The notes under the pieces were generated by a model that was given only the letters and a program-made list of their open reading frames with translations, made no database searches and had not been told where the DNA came from. Both the position numbers and the translations under genes were made by a program. A stretch of 64,000 bases of DNA from Rhynchobatus australiae (taxonomy: Eukaryota), in NCBI GenBank assembly GCA_034780895.1, contig JAUZTB010000081.1, positions 11,132,050-11,196,049 on the forward strand. The letters are read 5' to 3'. Shown here one piece after another: positions 38,501 through 51,712 of this stretch (the stretch's first letter is position 1; every line of letters starts with the position of its first letter).

Positions 38501-38909
38501 TGTCATGGTTCTGAGTACTGGTCCTTGATTTGGCCACTTAAGGTGTCTTGCTGTACAGCACATGGATTCCATGTTGGACTGATTTTATAATGACACTAAC
38601 CTGAGCCCCATCAGGGGCCTAGCATAGGTACCTGGGTTTCTCTAGTACTAGTTGCCAGAGTATTGGTCTACCTTTGAGTATACTTTGGCTCCTAGCTGCT
38701 TAGAGTGGTCTACTTTAGAGCAGTCCTGTGTTCTCTATTCCTTTTTGAAAATTCAGTTTGTGTAGGGATTCCTCCTCAGATTTCCAAGGCAAGATTCCTT
38801 CCAGTTACTGCATATGTGCTGTTCTGAGGAAGTATCCTGACTCCAGTCTTGTATCGGTGTGCCGCATTTGGGTTCTCTGCGAGCTTATTCTTTGATCAAC
38901 ATTGTGACA
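38501..38909 (+). mobile_element. Solo LTR (~400 bp, TGTCATG...TGTGACA), family copy 1
   Basis: Homologous to 44572-44961; flanks agttt/aattt form an imperfect 5-bp TSD. Confidence 0.75.
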
Positions 38910-39714
38910 AATTTATATCATCAATAAGCCTATTTCATATCACAATCAATCCACAGCAATTTTTTGAAGTTGAAATGAAATAATTCCGAAGAAGATTTTC
39001 CGCTGCTCATACATGAATTTAAGTCAGTACGAGTTTCGTTATAAGGTAGGTATTCTTCAATTAATTAATGGACTGGTGAATCGCTGAAATTGGCCGATAT
39101 TTCTGGAAAAGCTCAACGTACCAGCCAATACCAAATGAAAAAGAAATGGGGTTTATCGTTTCAGATTGTTTATCTTTCGTCGCCAGGAAAAGCAAAGGTA
39201 GTCATTAAAAATCTTTTCAGATACAGACAAGACATAGAAGTAGATAGCATCGGCAGGTATTGTCTGCCTTTGTGCAGGTGACTAAGAAGCGAATGTCCTT
39301 AGTAGTCGTTGTGTCAGATTAGAGATTGTTGCGAATGATTCTTAGTTGAAACCGTTTTGTCCGAAGGAACTATTACTAGAAGGCGATACTGAAAGGAAGT
39401 TAGTATGGCGTCTATTTTTCACGGAGGTGCAAATAAAAAATGCAGCATATCTGAAATAAAAGTGAATAATTGAAATGCGCAACATCCGTTGAGAGAAGAA
39501 AACAGAATTAAAATTACCAGTTGATAACCAATCATCATCAATGGAAGTTTCTTATACTAAATTCAAATTCGATTGTTTAAATTTGACGTTGTAATTTGAA
39601 GATGAAATGCTGTTCTCTGTACTTCTATTATACTTCACTTCAATCGTGTAAGACGTAAAATACGTATAGATCGTAGAGGAAGTGGAGAGAAAACTAAAGA
39701 GGCAAGCAACTGGT

Positions 39715-39830
39715 CTCAGTGTCGCTGGAAGTGTGGCGACACTTGCAGGATGCCCCCAGAACACTCTACGCAAAAGATGCATTTCACTGTCTGTTTCGAT
39801 GGACATGTGACTCATAAAGATGTCTTATCT
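39715..39830 (+). mobile_element. SINE 3' fragment, same family as 43645-43940
   Basis: gctggaagtgtggcgacacttgc..ccccagaacact..catttcactgt..catgtgact matches 43830-43920. Confidence 0.65.
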
Positions 39831-39889
39831 TGTATGCCTGCTGCTGGACTGAATGTGTTCTGTAAAGAGCAATAGCCAAGAGTAAAGAT

Positions 39890-40235
39890 GTCATCCAATC
39901 TGCATCTGTTTTCATTTTCCAAAATAGAGATCATACTTTGAGTACAACATATTAAATTGGAATAAATACAAGTGATTTATTCTTCAGGCTAAAGAGAACG
40001 TCCTGTTTGGAAGCGTAGTGGTGTTACATTTCGCGCGATGGCATGGAAAACACAATATCACAGGAAGAGTATCTGTGATTTGATTGGAAAAGAGAATTGG
40101 GGAATCGACGAGAAAATATGTCTTGCGCAATAGTGGAATGGAGGGGTAGAATATGATGATTCTAGTGGTGACATCACATTGAAGGCGAGAGAAGTTTCAA
40201 AATATGATACGTTGAATGTGCAAGGTTTTGGCAGG
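39890..40235 (-). mobile_element. Highly degenerate Penelope-like fragment (related pieces at ~46040-46110 and ~46480-46830)
   Basis: By-eye similarity to the antisense GIY-YIG region, e.g. aagccgtcgcccactctgcattt at 46644 and caatctgcatctg at 39897. Confidence 0.35.
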
Positions 40236-40861
40236 GAAGGGAATCCTTACAATTACACTTCACATTCAGTCACCTTTGTGCCAGTGAAGACTGGGTTAAA
40301 CAGAAATGAATTTAAACATATTTTAAATCTGTTTGATCTTTCTGTGGTCAATAAATACAACTACTTACATATCCATCCAAAATGATGCAGCAATGACCAA
40401 GCAGTATGTAATTTGTTTTATTTTCCCTCAAGCTGTTTACAATTCACCGGTACAGGTATTGAACAACGCAAACGTTAACAGAGGTAAATAGTATTTTGAA
40501 GTCGAAGAATGATGATTTCCAAATAGATGGTGGGAATTGGTGCAAATTACAGCTCGATTTGCTGCATTTAGCAGTGACAGATACTTGTTCTTGAACAGAG
40601 CTGTGGAGTTGAGATCCGAAATTCAGGACGGTGAAGAAGGGCGTTGAGGGTCCTTTCAACGCCCGCATTTCAGTCATGATCAATCTTTATTTCATTATCA
40701 ATTTTAATGTTGCAAGACTCCCAGAAATATATCGAGTTCATGATATTTTGCAATAACTAGTCGTTTATACTTCTCACACTTTTCTCACACTTTTATAGAT
40801 TAACAGTCAGGACCAGGGAGCAATTCGTTTTAGGTAATACACAAAACGTTATGTATTATCA

Positions 40862-41295
40862 CAAAATCACAAGATAAAGGTGCAGAAGTAGGCCATTCGT
40901 CCCATCGATTCTGTTCCATGAACTAAGCTAAAACTATTCTTCTCTAGCCCCAATTTCCGGCCTTATCCCCATATCCCTTGATACCTTGACTAATTAGATA
41001 CGAATAAATCTCCTCCTTAAGCGCACTCAGTGATTGGGCCTCCACAGCTGTACGTGGCAAAGAATTCCATCATCTCACTACTCCCTGGCGAAAGAAATTT
41101 CTCTTCATATCGGTTTTAAACCGGTGCCCTCCAAATCTAAGATTATGCCTTCTCGTTCTGGATTCACCTACCAAAGGGAACAGCTGAACTGCATCTACTC
41201 TGTCCAGTCCTTCCAACATTCTAAATGTTTCAATGAGGTCCCCTCTCATCCTTCTGTACTCCAGTGAGTACAGTCCAAGAGCCAACAAACGCTCA
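40862..41295 (-). mobile_element. CR1-like LINE 3' end
   Basis: Minus peptide ERLLALGLYSLEYRRMRGDLIETFRMLEGLDRVD...RNFFRQGVVR. Confidence 0.9.
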
Positions 41296-41918
41296 TTATT
41301 ATTTTCTTGGGAAAATAATGTGAGTATATCCAGTATACGAGACAAACAGAAAACATGTGGTAATGTAAATTTACAGAGGCTACGAAGTTGTACTGCACAG
41401 AGGGGGATTTGGAGGTGCCTTCAGGCGTTGATAGCAGGGAATAGGGAAGACAAATGGAACATCACCGTGTACTACGACAGGAACGGAGAACAAAAATAGA
41501 AAGAAGATCAGGCAGTCTGATTCTTGTGACAAATAAGTTGACTAATACATGCAAGTTGGCCCTATATTCAGTGGAGTTTGGAATATATAACATGTGAATG
41601 GTTGCATAACAACATATATGATTCGTAGGGATCGTTCACAAGGCAGGAGCTGATGCAATACGTCATCTCTCAGACGAATATTGAACTGAGTTTAATACTG
41701 CCGCAATAAAGGGCCATCTTTTAAGGATGTAGATAAGGAACAAAGTCGTTTCTTCGAGGATTTTGTTCATTCGAATTCTCTTCCCACAATGCTGCAGAGG
41801 TCAGATGATTCATGACATTCCAGACGTCTTTTTTGTACTGTTGGTGGACTTCTTGGCATGGAAAGGAAAGTGGGCGTGAGGCTAGTATCATATCAAGCAC
41901 GACTTGTTCACTTGCGAT

Positions 41919-41920
<2 letters not shown>

Positions 41921-41966
<46 letters not shown>
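41921..41966. repeat. (GT)23 microsatellite
   Basis: Perfect dinucleotide run. Confidence 0.97.
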
Positions 41967-41968
<2 letters not shown>

Positions 41969-43644
41969 TCGCTTGTTTTTGAGAGAGGCAACGCATCGAA
42001 GATGCCTGTGCCTATTCACCGTACTCCTACTGCTGCATATTATGCACAGTCCATAGCTTCAACTTGTAAGGGAAGCCAAGATAAAGTATCGACGATTCTT
42101 GTGGAAAAATACGATTGAAACGTGGCAAGAAGTGATTCATGCATTCGATTCCCAAATCATTTAAAGCCGTAAAGGAACAATGTATTTAATCATTCCTCAA
42201 ACAGGAACTCGGTTCTGCTTACCGTATACACACACGAATCGGCTGGTTGCTTGCAGCAGGTTGTGCATATATTTCATTTTCTCAGCGTCCAAACTTTTTA
42301 TTCTCCTGTGCGTCTTCAAAGTTGCTGTTCACCAAAATTAAATGCTTCTCAATGAAAGGAACTAAGAGTTTCGTATCTACTTTTCGTTGTATCGTATGAG
42401 CTAATTGCACCTTCTACATATTCTGACGGAGTCAAAGAATACATCCATGCACGAAGCACAACCGGCTGTAATCGGACAGGTTTTAAAACATGTTCATCCT
42501 TTTTTTTCTGAAAGAAAATGCGTTTTAATATTTTTTCTTAGATTTCCACATCCATGCGTTAACTTTCATTTATTTCAAATAACCAAGTTACTTTCCCCAA
42601 TCATACAGCAACACATTGACTTCCAAACATTTTGTTTCCTTGCTATGGTGCAGTAAATTTGAGGAACTAGTGTTTTGCATCGTTCGAAATTCAGTGGCTC
42701 GATCATCAGATGAAACATCCTGGATGTCGCAAAGGGCGGTATTCTATGCTATCAAGGGCCGTATCTTACAATCGATGCGAGTAAAAATTGAAATATACCG
42801 CAATCTATTGACAAATTATGGGGCGAAATGCACTTTCGGTTGAACCTAATCCCCCTCCCCAACCTCCAACCACTCCGAAATTTTACACCACAATGCTGAT
42901 AAAATTGAAGTAAATATATCAACATTTAACAACAGTCATACAGTTCAGCCACAGGAAGACAAGAAAATACATCTTTTAATTAACTACATTCTCTCTGTTA
43001 ACGCTCAAAGAATACAATTAACTTTACTAATAAACTGGATTAAAAACTGATCTGGCGCCAGTGAAGAGAGAGTTGAACAGAACAGAAGTAACTTCTTGAA
43101 AATGTATTTGTTTCTCCTGTATTCGGCAACATCAAACCCCTGTGTATGCATAACAAATGTGGTAACAATGACATGGCAGCATGTAGTTTCTTTTATTTTC
43201 CCTCAAAGTGTTTAAAATTCATTTAATGTTCGGTCGATATAGTGGTCAATTTAAATGTTATCCAAAGAAGACGGACGTTTGCAAACCAGACTAATGCTTT
43301 CCAAAATGTTGATGTGCTTTGATGTAAATTAAGGGTCAACATGCTGCATTTGTCTTTGATAGATGAGTAAAACTACCTATCTCAATAAATACACAAGGCG
43401 TTACAACAGCTGCATGTGAAGCATTTAGCAGAGGCAACAATACATTTTCAGAATTCATACTGGCAAATCTACATTTTGTTCGAATTGGTTTGTTTTCAAT
43501 TATGTGCCTATTCACAAATGATTTGAAAGTAACAATGCTTCGAAACTGCCACTAATATAAATTTCACTTGGGATGCGTGACACTTGTTTGAAAATGGTGA
43601 ATATTCGATTTTTCCTCCTAACTTCGAATTTCACTTGAGACCTC

Positions 43645-43940
43645 ATGGTCGTATTGCGGTTACGGTGACGGCATTACATCGCCAGCGACTCGCGTTCAAT
43701 TCTGTTAGGTGCTTTTAACGAGTTTGTACGTTTTACCCGTGTCTGTGTGGGTCTCCTCCGAGTGCTCTGGTTTCCTCCCACATTTCAAAGACGTGCGAGT
43801 TAGGAAGTTGTGGGCATGTTATGCTGGCGCTGGAAACGTGGTGACACCTGCTGGTTACCCCCAGAACACTATACGCAAAAGACGTATTTCACTGTTTTTC
43901 GATGTACATGTGACTAATAAAAATATCTGATCTGATCTGA
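43645..43940 (+). mobile_element. Near full-length V-SINE
   Basis: tRNA-like head (cgcgttcaattct B-box-like), V-domain gtgtgggtctcctccgagtgctctggtttcctcccacatttcaaagacgt, and tail gtgactaataaa plus (tctga)n. Confidence 0.8.
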
Positions 43941-44571
43941 GTTATAACAGCAGTCATTCATTCAATAAGATGTGATAGTGTTTTATACTTCGTTCGCAGT
44001 TATTGAGCAAAGCAGTTTGATTGTCTCGATTTTTTTTTAAATTCCGGCTGAGTGAGCAGAACAACGAAGTGTAAGACTGAGCTGGAACAGGAATAGTCCG
44101 ATTCCGCCCAGTGCTCGCTGATATTCTGCATTGTTTACAATCGAACAATGTGCTGTGCACGAATTTCAGGGAGGAGAAAATAATCTAAAATGAAGTAGAA
44201 TTTTACAAGCAGCTTCAGCCCACAAAACGTTTTATATTGCTTGTATGAGGACAGTTCTGGACAGTTATCGTCTCCGAGGAACATCGTCATTTAATTGTTC
44301 TTAACCATTTGATCAAAACATTCGTCATTTGTATTTCAATAATTACGTTATTGTGGGCAAGATATAGGGAAGGAACAGAGCGATACTAAAGATAAATAAG
44401 TTGCTGACATGAGTCTTAAATGCACAGGACCGTGAACAAAATCCAGTTTATGGATGCACTTCACAAATGATTTACCATCGAGGTAAGGTAATGAATTGAT
44501 ATATTTCAAATGGCTTGTATTTTATTTGGGAGTTATATAAATACAGTTTGCTGCTTATCGTTATATAAATT

Positions 44572-44961
44572 TGTCATGATTCTGACTACTGGCCCCAGAT
44601 TTGGTTCCTTTGATAACTGGTTGTACAGCACATGGATTCCATGCTGGACTGATTGTATAACGACACACAGCTGAGCCCCATCAAGGGCCCAGCATAAGTA
44701 CCTGGGTTTCGCTAGCACTAGTTGACAGAGTAGTGGTCAACATTTGGCTGCTGGTTGCTTTGTGTGGTCTACTCTAGAACAGGCCTGTGTTACTCTTTGA
44801 GTATCCAGTTTGTATTGGGATTCCTCCTCAGATCTCCAAGGCAAGATTCCTTTCAGTTGATGCCCGTGTTTGCTCCTGAGGAAGTATAGTGACTCCATTC
44901 TTGTACCAGTGTGCTGCATTTGGGTTCTCTGTGAACTTGATCTTTGCTCAACATTGTGACA
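44572..44961 (+). mobile_element. Solo LTR, family copy 2, with perfect 5-bp TSD AAATT
   Basis: aaatt|TGTCATG...TGTGACA|aaatt; homologous to 38501-38909. Confidence 0.85.
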
Positions 44962-47900
44962 AAATTAGCATGACACATATTATGCAGGATTTTTTATTCT
45001 ACCCAAAACGTCATATAATTCAGCATCTGTCACGAAGACTGCGTAGCCTCATGTCTTTACAAATTATTGGAATACTCCGAGACCTTTCTCTCACGTACAA
45101 AACAGAAGCATAACACTTTCCTGAAGGGTAATTGACCGAGTGGCTTGATCATTTATTCCATCTTCATCGTTCCTGTCTGACCTGCTGCCTGTTTCCGCAT
45201 TTGCTCTTTTGATTTCAAATTCCCCGCCATCTCCCTATATAATAGAGGCCGCCTATTCGGATTTCCATGATTCAGAAAATGAATCTGGTTGAGTGTGCAG
45301 CGAATGTTTTCAAGTCAATTCCACTGACGAGAGAAGTTTCGGAGAAAATCAGTTTCAGAAACTTGGTACAGATATTTCTTTTCACTGATTAGAGGAATAA
45401 GGAGTTAAAATATTCTGGGAGTATTTGTCAGGATATATGCGGAAAAGGTAGTTGTCTCTCGTACAAAGTCCAAGATATGATAGGTAGAATTACAGGAAAA
45501 TGGCTCATCCAGCTAGGTAAATGAAGAAATGGCCCTTTGCAAATCTTCATAGTTACCGATGGCCGAATGTCGTGAATTCTCTGTGTTTGTGTATTCCTGG
45601 ATGAAATCGACAGATTTTTGAGAACATAGTAATACATCAATTGATCGAAAACATGTAAATTTAGCAACAGTAATACCAATTATTCTGAAAGGTTGGTAGT
45701 TGCGGAGATGTCCATTGCCTTGCACTCTTTGTATCTTGAAGGTTACTTACTAGTTTTCAGGTTAGATTTCAGTGTTCTGTTGTTTTTTCTGCATGCAGAC
45801 AATGACTATTTTAATTCCTCCGGAGTTTTGAATGTATAATTCCAACCTTTGGAGCGTTTCCCCTTGATGCTATTTAATTCTACTTTTTAGCATGTTCTAT
45901 CATGCATTCTCACCCAAGAGCTGTTCTATCCTCAAGGCCTTTTTTGTTCATCACACCACTTGAATTTAAACTCTGTCGTCCATGACTATAATGTATGGAA
46001 TCGTTTGATGGTCCAGAAACCTAATTCGGAAAACCAAAATCCTAAAATCTCTAGCAACCTCTCAGCAGGGCAGGTAATATTCCATGAAATAGAAAGATGA
46101 CAGTATTATCATTTGGATTCAAGTCCTGTCATGTGAATTACTTTGACTACACGATGTTCTTCAAGTTGCAGGAATGACATGGGAGAGGGATAATAGACTC
46201 TGGTGGCTTGGTGAAACAAATTGATTTTTTTTCTGACAAAGGAAGCCAATTGCTACTCAGGTATTTTCATATTGAGGGATGGAGAGGCTTTTAAATGCCG
46301 GGCAGCGCTGTTGTGAGACAACAAACGAAAAGCATGAAATTTCCAGCATATTAGAGGATGCCAATGAATACAGAAAATTGAGCGAATATTACAAAATAGA
46401 TTATATTACAACATAACTGGCTAATTAAGGAAGACAGATGGAAAACGAAACTGTTCAAATCGGTCCGTGGGCTAAAACACGGTCAAGCGGAAGCGGGTGT
46501 TGTTCCTAATCGTACGTTAGGTGTCGTCATAATGGGGCAGGGGTCCATGGAATAACGTGTCCGAGTGGGAATGAGATGATATCTGAAGAGGGTGGTTTAG
46601 TAACTCAGGCTCGTCTCTACGTGTTGAATGAATCTGTTCGATTAAGCCGTCGCCCACTCTGCATTTAATTGCTTGATATTTTGCATATCATATCACGCGC
46701 TTTATTTACGATGCACTAAATTGGAAGAAGAGTAAATGAATTCTTTCTTCGCCTGTAAGGACTACATAGACCACTCGATATGGAAAAATACCAGGTAAAA
46801 GTTCATGCATCTCATCTCTGGCAAGTGCCTGGCTAAGTCTCTTCACAAGGGGAGTGATTTCTGGGTACGGAAGAACGGACAAGGAAGTCGCAAAATTCTG
46901 GTCTCTGCTGAGCGTTCGATAATCACTTCACAATAGGACTTAACCGACAGCTTCCAGGATTTCGCTGTTGCTTGAAGGGAAACTAATGACATAATTGCCA
47001 GACGGACTAAAACACGAGATTCCGAGGACATTTTGCATACCTAAAGAGTAAAATACAGAAATGCCATTTGAAGAATGTTAAAACTGTCTCGAAACAGCAG
47101 AACCATGACCACAATGAACGTAGAAAAAGTGGGATTTCCTGATGATTTGCTGAAAGTGGCAATATTTAAACGGTAGTGTCCGCTTCATTTTCACCTGTAT
47201 ATTTACAGTCTACAAACGTCCAAATTACTTAATTCCCAGAAATCTACAAAGGTATGTAGCTTCATCAACAAATGTATCACTTTCTATTTTCCCACTTGTT
47301 TACAAACTTAATACATGCAAAGAAGGGCAAACAAGCCCTTCTGTGGAAAACGCTGGTACCGTAAAATTTCACCAGCATTCAATACCAATATGTAGTCTTT
47401 CTAGGGTGCTCAGGAAATAACCGGTGCAGAAAAGCACAAACCCCGATGCATCGTCATGGCAAATGGAAGTAAGCATCAAACAGCAAACATAACTCCCGAG
47501 GCATGGCAGATATCGAGATGCAAGCAGTTTTCAAATGGTTCAGCCAACGTCTAATTAAACAGAATTATATCAGGTGTGATGTCTTCTATTTTTTTTTCAT
47601 ACCAGACACACGGTTTGTCGTTTCTCCGAATTGATTGTCAGATCAAGTATCCAACTACTTCCAAAAAGAATTATTACCGTTTCCACTTTCATTATTCCAA
47701 ATGTAAACTCCCCCTCCCCCCTAAAAAATAGAAATCCTATTAAGAACAAACGAAGGCTATTGCCACATTGCTGCCAGTTGGTTATCGCTCCAATAGTACA
47801 ATTAATTCCTTGTTAAAATTTTATGATGACCGCATAATGCTACGCAATTGAAATTAAACATTGTCCATATCACCATTAATTGCTCGTTTCACGTCAGTTA

Positions 47901-50007
47901 ACAACAGAAAATCGAACAGCTCGGCGTATCTGTGGAACTAATCACGTATGATGGAGGAGGAGAAACTGTAAAATATAATGGAGATCTTAGAGGAAATTGG
48001 TTGCAGGGACAGTGATTAGAATTGTAGGATTCCATAGGCATGCAGATTATCATCTGCATCAGTGATCGAGCTGAAGAGGAAGGGAAAGGACATAATAGAA
48101 ATTGGCAGCATAACTTGTAAAACACTGTGATTCTGTGTGGCAACAGAAAACAATACCGATGCATTCATCGATGGATATGTAAACGTTGTGAGGGAGGATG
48201 TCTAATAGAACTGTAACAGTTCAAATAAAAGGCCTTGAGGATACTTTTCCGCCCGCGGATAGCAATAAATTCACTTAAAAAATGAACAGCATGACGAGAG
48301 TTAGATGGTGAATCAGGTCTTTTCTGGCCTATGTACATCGAAGGAGCAAAATACAGTCAGGCCATCCTGGGTAGCAAGAGGAATTGGACCGCCATGGTGA
48401 AAATGAGGCAATTAAAACAACGAAATAGGAAATTGCCAAAGTGCAGAAGCACATGAGAGGAATTGCGGAGAGAATTTCGGAGGTACAAACAACAGAAAAA
48501 AATCCGGAATAAGGAAAAATCGTTGTTTCTCGCGACAAAATAACACTGATAAAAATCAATGTTGTCTTGTTGTTGGAACTTGGGAGGAGATAGAGTCGAG
48601 TTATGGTTGGAGGACACCGTGAATAAGGGTTATGGAGAGAATGCAATGAGATAAAATGGGACTATGATTGTCTGGCAGAAAATAACCCGATGTGCAATGG
48701 TGACTTCATAGTCCAGTGGAACCTGCTGCATTGGATAAGTGAGCAACTTACAGTAAAATTACGTCAGCTTGCAGCTCGGATATCAAGGCATCCATGCTGG
48801 CGATGTCTGTCCACCGTCTAAGTTAATGTCTGAATATTTTAATGAATTTACGCTTGTAAAATTGGTATTGCGACAGTTGTGTATAATCTGTAGACAGGGT
48901 TGATATTCTTGAAACAGACAAGCTTGTGAGGGGATGTTGTCGAAATGCGAAAGAAAATTTTAATTTAGGTCGTTCGTGAAAAGATAAAGATTGGCCTGGT
49001 TGAAAATCTAAACTAAGAACATAAAATAGACCGAATTTCCATTCATCTTATGATAGTACATCAGAGTGAGAAACAGAATCAGAAGAAGGTTTATTATCAC
49101 AGACATTTGTTGTGAGATTTATTGTTTTGCAGCAGCAGTACGGTGCAAGACATAAGTACATAAACAAGTAAGTGCAAGTTACAAAAATGAGTAAGTAATG
49201 CAAGTGAGGATTCTCGCTCACCCCAGTATTTTGCCTGATTAAGATTCAGTGGGCGAACAGGAGACAACTGATACTGGTAAATACATACATCTTCCACAAC
49301 TGACATGTCGCACTTGTATCTCACAAATAAATGCACATGGACACGACCTTCCCTCGGGCTTATACGATGACAATAGGTTTCTCTCAGACAGAATACTCCA
49401 CTGAGGTAGTTCCCAGAATCTAACATTTTTAAAATATTCTGTTGCGCCTTTGAATTAGGTGGGGCGGAGGTATTGCTAGATAGGAGGATCTATAGCGTTT
49501 ACACAGACTTCGGCTTGGTCTAAAGAAATACCCTGGTTGAATTGCTAACCTGAAACATAATTCACACTTCTGCACATTTTCCCCAACAAAACAGATGGTC
49601 TTCATTTCTGTGTCACATCCACATAAAATTACGACTGAACAGAATGACAATCAAACTTCATTTTCCCACTTGGCCACCAGACAGTTGGCAAACTTATTGA
49701 GCCGCCCTGTACAATCATGTTTTACCTCTCACAGGTAGAATCATACCAAGTGTTGAAATCTCCGCAAATAAACATGAAAGAGGGCTCAGGTCAGTCTTCT
49801 GAGTAACGACTGAGGGGAATATTCGCCAAGATGGAAAGTTCCATGCATTTGATATAACATCGTAAATCAATGTTCACAGTGTAATACCCAGCGTTCTGAC
49901 AAGTGTTCCATTTAATGAGAAATCGAACTGTGGACGTATGTTTTGCAGAAAAAAGTTGTGAACACATTCGTCGAAGAGAAAACAAACCGTGTTGTCTCTT
50001 TGCTCAA

Positions 50008-50072
50008 GTGATTGATTGAGTCCAATTATCATAAGGGAGTCAATCCTCCTTGGGGTTTCTCGCAGATATAAG
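50008..50072 (+). promoter_or_regulatory. Putative promoter of gene 5 (TGATTGATTGA-CCAAT...GATATAAG); paralog at 54879-54942 for gene 6
   Basis: GATATAAG lies 76 nt (gene 5) and 73 nt (gene 6) upstream of the ATG. Confidence 0.6.
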
Positions 50073-50140
50073 TGAGACTTAAATTGAAAACAATTTCTGC
50101 GACTCTGAGGAACTCACCAGAAGCATACTTCTCTACGATT

Positions 50141-50210
50141 ATGGGGCAGCCAATAATCTTACAGATAGAAAGCATCTACTATCCTATTCTTGCAATAATT
50201 GGCGTTCCCG
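50141..50210 (+). CDS. GPCR gene 5 exon 1 (MGQPIILQIESIYYPILAIIGVP-G|gtaagt)
   Basis: 70 nt with a canonical donor at 50211. Confidence 0.85.
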
Positions 50211-51349
50211 GTAAGTCATTTATCGAAACGCGGAATATATTTATTTGCATGCATTTGTTTCATGGACGTTAATGTCGAGCAGTAACATGTCTGAGGAGTT
50301 CTAAAATTTTACCAATTTGTTCATAATAACAACCCATATGCTACATTGTGTCAAAAGTAACATTCACATGGCTTTGCCTTAATTCCTATCCTTGTTTCTG
50401 GGCCATTTCACAATTAAATAGGCATCTGCCATTAAACAAGGTGCAGTTCGCTGTACTCCATTCACAAAGGCCAATTTGCTACTTCCTATTAGATTTATTT
50501 TCACCCATAATAAGAAAAGAAGCTCTTTCTGCGATCGCAAAACCAATCTACATTAACTGTTGGAATCTTAGAATGTTGTTTGCCTTCATTCTGGTTCGGT
50601 GAACACGCAATCTTCAGACAAACATCTTGGCAGTCCGTGAACAAAAACAGTGAGCTTTTGGTCAACCCGTTCTCCAATGATATTTTGCTTCAAGGATCGC
50701 CCTCAAGAAACGAGACCACAGCATACAGCATATGAACAATTTACAATACATGGTGTATTGCTTCGATGATAAAAAGTGCCTCTCAGAGTGAATAGGCAGT
50801 GGATTCTGTACCTGCACCATTTTGCAAGCGTAATCTCAAAGCTGCGAAATAACCTTTGCCGGTCTTTGTCCTTTGGTTTCCCTGCTTGGATGAGAAGTCA
50901 TGGAACTTTAATCGAACATAACACGTTGATTATTCGGAATGATCTATTTTATAGAAAACACATTCAAGCTTAAATTCATATCCATAATCATCAATTTTGA
51001 TCGCTTGGTCTGTAACAAGGTGTTTTGCCATTGCTTATCATCGGGAAACGGTATGGGTCTGCGTCTTGTATTCCTCTAATCCATGTACTGGTGAATATGT
51101 ATCTCTGTTAACATCTGCCCATTCGCATTTTGAATGTTGGATATTGGATTCATACGTAGTCGATTTCTAATGAGTGAATTATTGTTAATAATTGTAACTA
51201 TGTGCTTCTTATATGTAATTATTTTGTTTAATTTCTAAATCGTCTATTTATCATAGAATCAATTTATTTTAACTCTTTCGGGAATACGTCCGACGGCGAA
51301 GTTTCCTTTTCAATTATATTTCAATTGGCATTAATATTTCGAACTTCAT

Positions 51350-51712
51350 TGTCATACAGTCACGGAAGCATACAGCACCAAACAGGCAATTTTGCCTAAC
51401 GAGTCCGTGTCGACGATCAACGACATGTACATTAGTACTGCATTAATCTTTTTTTTCTCCTCACGTTCTCATAAACATCTCTCCCTCGCAGATTAATTTA
51501 CAAAATTATATGATAAGGTCAATTCTCTATTCTAATTAACCTACTAGCCTGCGGGACCTTTGGGTTGTGGGAGTACAATGTAAAACCCGAATGAAACCCA
51601 CACGGCTACAAAGAAACTTAAAAACTCCATACAGAGAGCACCCGAGATCAGGATTGGACACGAGTTGCTGTCGCTGAAAGATATTGCCGTCTGTGCCTCT
51701 TCCATGACCGTC
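51350..51712 (-). mobile_element. Degenerate V-SINE in the gene 5 intron
   Basis: gaaacccacacggctacaaagaaacttaaaaactccatacagagagcacccgagatcaggattgga; flanks are homologous to those of the SINE at 17010. Confidence 0.65.

Noticed and set aside
43645-43710. tRNA gene
   Set aside because: The tRNA-like head is followed by a V-domain and tail, so it is a SINE.
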